IMG/VR virus record: IMGVR_UViG_3300032317_000216
Span: 64,641-128,640 of that record
Reading direction: 5' to 3' (one strand)
From: a virus
Lineage: Duplodnaviria; Caudoviricetes
DNA: 64,000 nt
This document shows, piece by piece, positions 59,680 through 64,000 of the stretch. The first letter of the stretch is position 1. Every line of letters starts with the position of its first letter. Below the pieces are notes generated by a model. The model saw only the letters and a list, made by a program, of their open reading frames with translations. It ran no database searches and had not been told where the DNA came from. The translations under genes and the position numbers were made by a program.

Positions 59680-59866
59680 GTTCCCCTATGCCACAGCGGC
59701 GCAGCCGCCCCTGGCACCGCCCAGATGTATGGGTTCCAGAACATAAGTAATAAGAGCCATGGCCAACCCACCCAATTTCATTGACCTGGCAAGAAAACAA
59801 CGATTGGCTACAAACAACAGACTGTCTTTCAAAAACGTGGTCAATGGTGGTTCCCCTGCATCTGAC
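59680..59866 (+). repeat. copy 2 of duplicated GC-rich upstream element + promoter + leader cassette
   Basis: See copy at 55808. Confidence 0.9.
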
Positions 59867-60586
59867 AATGTGCCCATGTCCAATGCACCTGGTGATGCAT
59901 CTGAAAACAATGAAATGATTGATACTGACAATGCAGTGGTACCGTTGTCTGCATTGCCTGCAGCAGATCCCATGTATGTAACAGTGCAATCTGCAGTAAC
60001 AGCAATAACTCTGGCTTTTGATGCCAATCAATACATGTCTTTTGTGAGCATATATGATGAAAATGCACCTGATGTGATATGGGCATTGTCTGCTGTGAAC
60101 ACACAAAATGTCACCAGTGACTATGATGTGATCAATGTGGGCAGTTACATCAGCTTGACAGCCAATGATACTGGTGACCAGGTCACTGTGTATTACGAAA
60201 GCACTGGTTCTGCCAGACTGGCTGTGGGCCGATCCACTGTGCCTTTTTATGGACAGTACAATGGCAACAATGCATGCACAAGCAACATATATGTGGGTGC
60301 CAGAACGTTCACCAGGCAACCTGGGTTGAGACGTGGGCGTCCATGGTATGCTTATGCTACCAATGATTCCAAGGTGGAATGGTCTGGTATACCTGTAATG
60401 GGTGCCACCAGGTATGTGAATGGCAAGTACTATGTAAATGACTTGCCAAATTGGCAATTGTACTCATGGTATGCAGCTCAATGGAATTTGGTTGGCAGAG
60501 TATACAATGTGGCATTTTATCCATGGCAAGCTGGTACATTTGCTGGTCTGAATGGTGCACCTCTGGGCAACTTTACCAGGTGTTAA
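59759..60586 (+). CDS. conserved-leader hypothetical protein
   Basis: MANPPNFIDLARKQRLATNNRLSFKNVVNGGSP leader; aromatic-rich C-terminal domain. Confidence 0.75.
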   Translation: MANPPNFIDLARKQRLATNNRLSFKNVVNGGSPASDNVPMSNAPGDASENNEMIDTDNAVVPLSALPAADPMYVTVQSAVTAITLAFDANQYMSFVSIYDENAPDVIWALSAVNTQNVTSDYDVINVGSYISLTANDTGDQVTVYYESTGSARLAVGRSTVPFYGQYNGNNACTSNIYVGARTFTRQPGLRRGRPWYAYATNDSKVEWSGIPVMGATRYVNGKYYVNDLPNWQLYSWYAAQWNLVGRVYNVAFYPWQAGTFAGLNGAPLGNFTRC

Positions 60587-60961
60587 TAGTAAAGTAAAAA
60601 GCCTATATGGAATTCTACGCGGATTTTGCAAAAAAAATTTGGGCATGCGTCTATATACCCACTTAAACTTTTGTTCTATATATAGGAATTCGCGTACCCT
60701 ATGGCGCTATTAACACCAGCATCTCGCGCGCTATCACCATGTGGCGAAACAACCCCGTTATTTTAAAACAGGTTGTTCTTCTTTGCAGTACCAAGGCACA
60801 GGAGCAGTATTGTAAGTTACTTCTGTACGAGCATGCACATCACCATACCACTTATGTTCACCCTCCACATATCTATCTATACACTTGCGTCTTTGTTCCA
60901 TATACTCTTTGATAGTAATCAATGCCATATTGTTCTCCTTATTGTATTGGAATATTGTTAA

Positions 60962-61034
60962 TGGGCCCACTAGGATTTGAACCTAGGACCAAGGCATTAT
61001 GAGTGCCCTGCTCTGACCGCTGAGCTATAGGCCC
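60962..61034 (-). tRNA. tRNA-Ile2 (CAU anticodon, lysidine type); CCA not encoded
   Basis: GGGCCTATAGCTCAGCGGTCAGAGCAGGGCACT-CAT-AATGCCTTGGTCCTAGGTTCAAATCCTAGTGGGCCCA; cloverleaf resembles ileX-type tRNAs. Confidence 0.88.
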
Positions 61035-61182
61035 CACATGAGTTAGTCTAACTTACCGATACGCTTGATGAGCCATCCAAACAATGCTTGCTTCACATCT
61101 TGCTTCCAACATTTGTTCACCATCACAAAGGCTGTCCACCATCCCAAACACCAGCTCAGTCCTAATACTATTACAATGCACA

Positions 61183-61479
61183 TCAGCTATTCAACCCTTC
61201 ATACCGCTTGGTAGCTTCCTCCAAGCTGCAGCATGTCCATCCAGTGATGCCCCATAAGCTACTTCCTGGATAGGTCTCTGCTGGCTCAATTGCCACACCA
61301 CCCATTGTGTATCCATTGTGCTTGCCAATCTTCACCACCTCATAATTGTGGATGTTGCTGCCTGGACGGGTCTGTTCAAAGATGGCCTTCTTACCCTCTC
61401 TCTTCAATTGAGTATAAGTGAAGCCCTTCTTCTTGAATGACGTTGGTATTGTTTTGTATTCCATTTGTGTATTCATCAT
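61183..61479 (-). CDS. conserved phage hypothetical early protein
   Basis: YEV...EPAETYPGSSLWG..GWT; sigma70 promoter upstream. Confidence 0.65.
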   Translation of the reverse strand: MMNTQMEYKTIPTSFKKKGFTYTQLKREGKKAIFEQTRPGSNIHNYEVVKIGKHNGYTMGGVAIEPAETYPGSSLWGITGWTCCSLEEATKRYEGLNS

Positions 61480-61486
61480 ACTGTGT

Positions 61487-61515
61487 ATTGTATGGGCTTA
61501 GTAACGGGCAGTCAA
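61487..61515 (-). promoter_or_regulatory. sigma70-type early promoter (leaderless)
   Basis: TTGACT-17 nt-TACAAT, 7 nt before the ATG at 61479. Confidence 0.75.
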
Positions 61516-61564
61516 TAACAAACTCAATGCAGCCACTGTCATGCCCATGATGATGTATTCCATG

Positions 61565-62245
61565 TTAGGCCATCTCCTCAAGTTCTTTGATGCGTTCAGT
61601 ACCATGCATAACTGCACCTTCACTGATGTAGCTCTGCAGCAAATGCTCCACAAGCTCACGCAATGTGCCTGACTCATACTGATGTTCTGCCTCTGAAGCT
61701 AGAGTACCATCAATGGCAATGAATCGTTTGCCATTCTTCTTCACAATGGATACACGCTCTTCAGTCACACGGTACACATGGAACGGATTCTTATCATTCT
61801 TGCAATACTTGCTCTTGTACTTCTTCACCATGTTGGCTGCCTTCTCATCTAGAGACGTACGAGCATACCCTTTGTTCTTCACCTTGTCCACCTTGAGACC
61901 AAATGACTCAGCCTTGCTCTTGAAATGCTTGTTATGGTACTGATTGGCATTACAGTCCACCACATTGGCTACATTGTTGGCATAATGCACCATCTCATGA
62001 ATGATGGTCTCACAAATCTCTTCCACTGAACGCTTCAAGGTATCAGCAGTAATATTAATCTCAGGCAAGGTCTTGCGACCATCCTTCCATCGTCCCTGCC
62101 AATACCATCCATAGTAGCTCTGACGTCCACGGTTGGGTATCAGAGTGAACACGGGGTTATCCAGTTGGGTATCTAGCTCTGCATTGAAGAACTCAAATGC
62201 TTCTACTAGTTTGTCTGTTACTGCGCCTGTGATGTTGTTACTCAT
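61565..62245 (-). CDS. SprT-like zinc metalloprotease
   Basis: EINI, TIIHEMVH and YHNKHFK motifs. Confidence 0.82.
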   Translation of the reverse strand: MSNNITGAVTDKLVEAFEFFNAELDTQLDNPVFTLIPNRGRQSYYGWYWQGRWKDGRKTLPEINITADTLKRSVEEICETIIHEMVHYANNVANVVDCNANQYHNKHFKSKAESFGLKVDKVKNKGYARTSLDEKAANMVKKYKSKYCKNDKNPFHVYRVTEERVSIVKKNGKRFIAIDGTLASEAEHQYESGTLRELVEHLLQSYISEGAVMHGTERIKELEEMA

Positions 62246-62441
62246 TGATTAGTGTCTCCTTGTGGTTTGTATTATGGCTGACTTCATCTCTAACGTCAAG
62301 CATGGCATCAGCATATCGGTATGCTTGTGTGGCTACCCACTTGGGTGTGGCAGCGTCTTGGTTCATTAAGCTCTGCATGGCCAGTGCTGCAAAGATGTCT
62401 CTGATGTCTCCGTTCTGATCAAAGTGATTACGATGCTTCAT
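62238..62441 (-). CDS. conserved phage small protein
   Basis: RDIFAALAMQ...AYRYADAML motif. Confidence 0.7.
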   Translation of the reverse strand: MKHRNHFDQNGDIRDIFAALAMQSLMNQDAATPKWVATQAYRYADAMLDVRDEVSHNTNHKETLINE

Positions 62442-62685
62442 TTACTTGTTCTCCTTCATAACATTTCTCTTTCTTAAAAGGTACGAAAGGTTCCACGTAC
62501 AGATGATTGAAGTCTTTGACTTGTTCATCAGTGGGATACTCAGGTACGGTCTCCAAATACTCCTCAAGGGTTTGCTTCTCATAGTCCCAGTCAGGACTGT
62601 TTGCCACCATCCATGCAATCTTCTTGCAATGCAGGTCTGCGTTGTAGGGTGTTTCATAGTCTGTGGTCTGTTCTGTTGTACTCAT
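62428..62685 (-). CDS. hypothetical early protein
   Basis: Part of a tightly packed minus-strand run. Confidence 0.55.
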   Translation of the reverse strand: MSTTEQTTDYETPYNADLHCKKIAWMVANSPDWDYEKQTLEEYLETVPEYPTDEQVKDFNHLYVEPFVPFKKEKCYEGEQVNEAS

Positions 62686-62688
62686 AAT

Positions 62689-62871
62689 TTATTTTGTAGC
62701 TTTCTGCAAGAGGATTGCTTCTACTGCACCCACCACTCTAAGCAAGTCGTTGGTGTGCTTCTTGGTGAGTTTGTGCTCTTGTTTAGTACCCTGACGCAGG
62801 ATGCTAATGAGGTGGATCAATCCACCGTTAATACTAATAATGTCTTCGTCAATTGCTTGATTCATTGTCAT
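62689..62871 (-). CDS. hypothetical early protein
   Basis: AAAGGAGA Shine-Dalgarno upstream. Confidence 0.55.
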   Translation of the reverse strand: MTMNQAIDEDIISINGGLIHLISILRQGTKQEHKLTKKHTNDLLRVVGAVEAILLQKATK

Positions 62872-62884
62872 GGTTGTATCTCCT

Positions 62885-63121
62885 TTAGATTTTGTAAGGG
62901 TATGTGATGGTATTGAGCTTGTTGATCACAGTCTCAACTTCATTCAACACCTCATCTTTGGAGAACATGGGCATCATCCCACGCATACCTTCTGGGTTAC
63001 TACTGTGATCGGTCATGTTAAGATCGATCATGCGTTTCAGACCAAGCAGCTTGCCAATGGCACTGCCAACGGTATATGCTGTGGTCTCCTCACCTGCTGC
63101 TGCTACATCATGTAATGTCAT
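62885..63121 (-). CDS. hypothetical early protein
   Basis: TATACT -10 box just upstream of the ATG at 63121. Confidence 0.55.
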   Translation of the reverse strand: MTLHDVAAAGEETTAYTVGSAIGKLLGLKRMIDLNMTDHSSNPEGMRGMMPMFSKDEVLNEVETVINKLNTITYPYKI

Positions 63122-63405
63122 ATTCGTTAGTATAATGGAATTGTGGTTAACAGCAACTACCAAATGCTCTTCCAGATGAGATAAGTCACTGCACCATACA
63201 ATGCCAGTGCTATCAGGTTAGCTAACACGTTCAATAAGAACTGCATAAACTTATCAGGCCCCTCGTTCATCTTCATACTCCTTCCAGAATTCAGCTAATA
63301 GCTTCTCTTGTGTCAATGTCTGTTCCTTTTGTTGCAAGTACTCTTGTATAACTTGTTCTTGATCATACCAATCGCTACCACACAACTTACGTGCAGCCCA
63401 GCCCA

Positions 63406-63648
63406 TTATAGTACTCCACATCCTTCAAACTTGAGTAAAGCGTTGTAGAACAAGCGCTGTATATCCTTAATAGTCATACATCTATCAATGGCTACAATGA
63501 GCTTGCGCTTATCAAGAGTGGGTATATCACTGTCTTGTATAGAACAAACAAGCGATCCCTTGAGCTCCCTAGGTTCTCGCACTGTTAATACGGTGTCTTC
63601 GAATGCTCTTAACTTGCTAGTCATAGTTAGTCTCCTATGTGGTAGCAC
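63406..63648 (-). CDS. hypothetical early protein
   Basis: ORF with AGGAGA before MTSKL (true start probably ~63624). Confidence 0.55.
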   Translation of the reverse strand: MLPHRRLTMTSKLRAFEDTVLTVREPRELKGSLVCSIQDSDIPTLDKRKLIVAIDRCMTIKDIQRLFYNALLKFEGCGVL

Positions 63649-63947
63649 ATCTCTACCTTAATATGTTCATCATCAAGCTTTTCAACTGCACTCACTGTCG
63701 AATAGCCACCGAACTTGTTGAAGCGAGCAGGATATAACCTGTTGAGCGCTCTATGGATACGACCCTGATCGTAAGGCCCATAGAAGGGCACCTTGTAGAA
63801 GGAGTGATCGTAGTAAGCGGACTGCTTCTCACCACCCAACGATTCACGCTTCTGCCACTTGATACCACCTACAGCGGGCTCTGTTACCTGGCGCCATTCA
63901 CCTGTGTTATCATCATACATCTCGTAAGTAATTTCTTTATTCATCAT
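63627..63947 (-). CDS. hypothetical early protein
   Basis: ORF directly downstream of a consensus promoter. Confidence 0.6.
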   Translation of the reverse strand: MMNKEITYEMYDDNTGEWRQVTEPAVGGIKWQKRESLGGEKQSAYYDHSFYKVPFYGPYDQGRIHRALNRLYPARFNKFGGYSTVSAVEKLDDEHIKVEMCYHIGD

Positions 63948-63953
63948 ACCAGT

Positions 63954-63982
63954 AGTATATGTGATTGTTGGGTAAACGTCAA
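63954..63982 (-). promoter_or_regulatory. sigma70-type early promoter (leaderless)
   Basis: TTGACG-17 nt-TATACT, 6 nt before the ATG at 63947. Confidence 0.8.
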
Positions 63983-64000
63983 CTTAATAATGATATCGAG

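Noticed and set aside
59672-60457. 261-aa and other minus-strand ORFs overlapping 59759..60586
   Set aside because: The plus-strand ORF has the conserved leader and promoter; the antisense frames show no recognisable motifs.
60962-61034. tRNA-Met call for the CAU anticodon
   Set aside because: It lacks initiator features (it has a G1-C72 pair and no run of three G-C pairs at the base of the anticodon stem) and resembles ileX-type tRNA-Ile2; elongator Met cannot be fully excluded.
1-64000. Alternative genetic code (stop-codon reassignment)
   Set aside because: Core genes translate full-length in the standard code and coding density is high.

Overview
AT-rich segment of a large T4-like (myovirus) phage genome. 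The host is probably in the PVC group (Verrucomicrobia-like); this is inferred, not shown. From left to right: queD/phoH/queE and a P-loop kinase; a ~12.6 kb island of 17 glycosyltransferase-like and methyltransferase genes; clamp-loader, GroES-like and DinG helicase genes; a rearranged T4-type head/neck module (gp15, gp20, gp13, gp4, gp21, gp22, gp23); a minus-strand 7-deazaguanine DNA-modification operon (DpdA3-like TGT, PurN-like formyltransferase, GMP reductase, DUF1599, kinase, QueF); a gp5-like hub; nrdA/nrdB; tail fibre plus gp38-like adhesin; lysis-type enzymes; an accessory late region; tRNA-Ile2(CAU); and small early genes. The two standout observations are: (1) a free-standing, apparently circularly permuted group I intron at 58818-59133 (minus strand), preceded by a late-promoter motif and predicted to release a ~57-nt RNA circle; (2) four unrelated late proteins, one an LCIB/theta-type carbonic anhydrase, that share the same ~35-aa N-terminal leader. 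All family calls come from motif recognition by eye; no searches were run.
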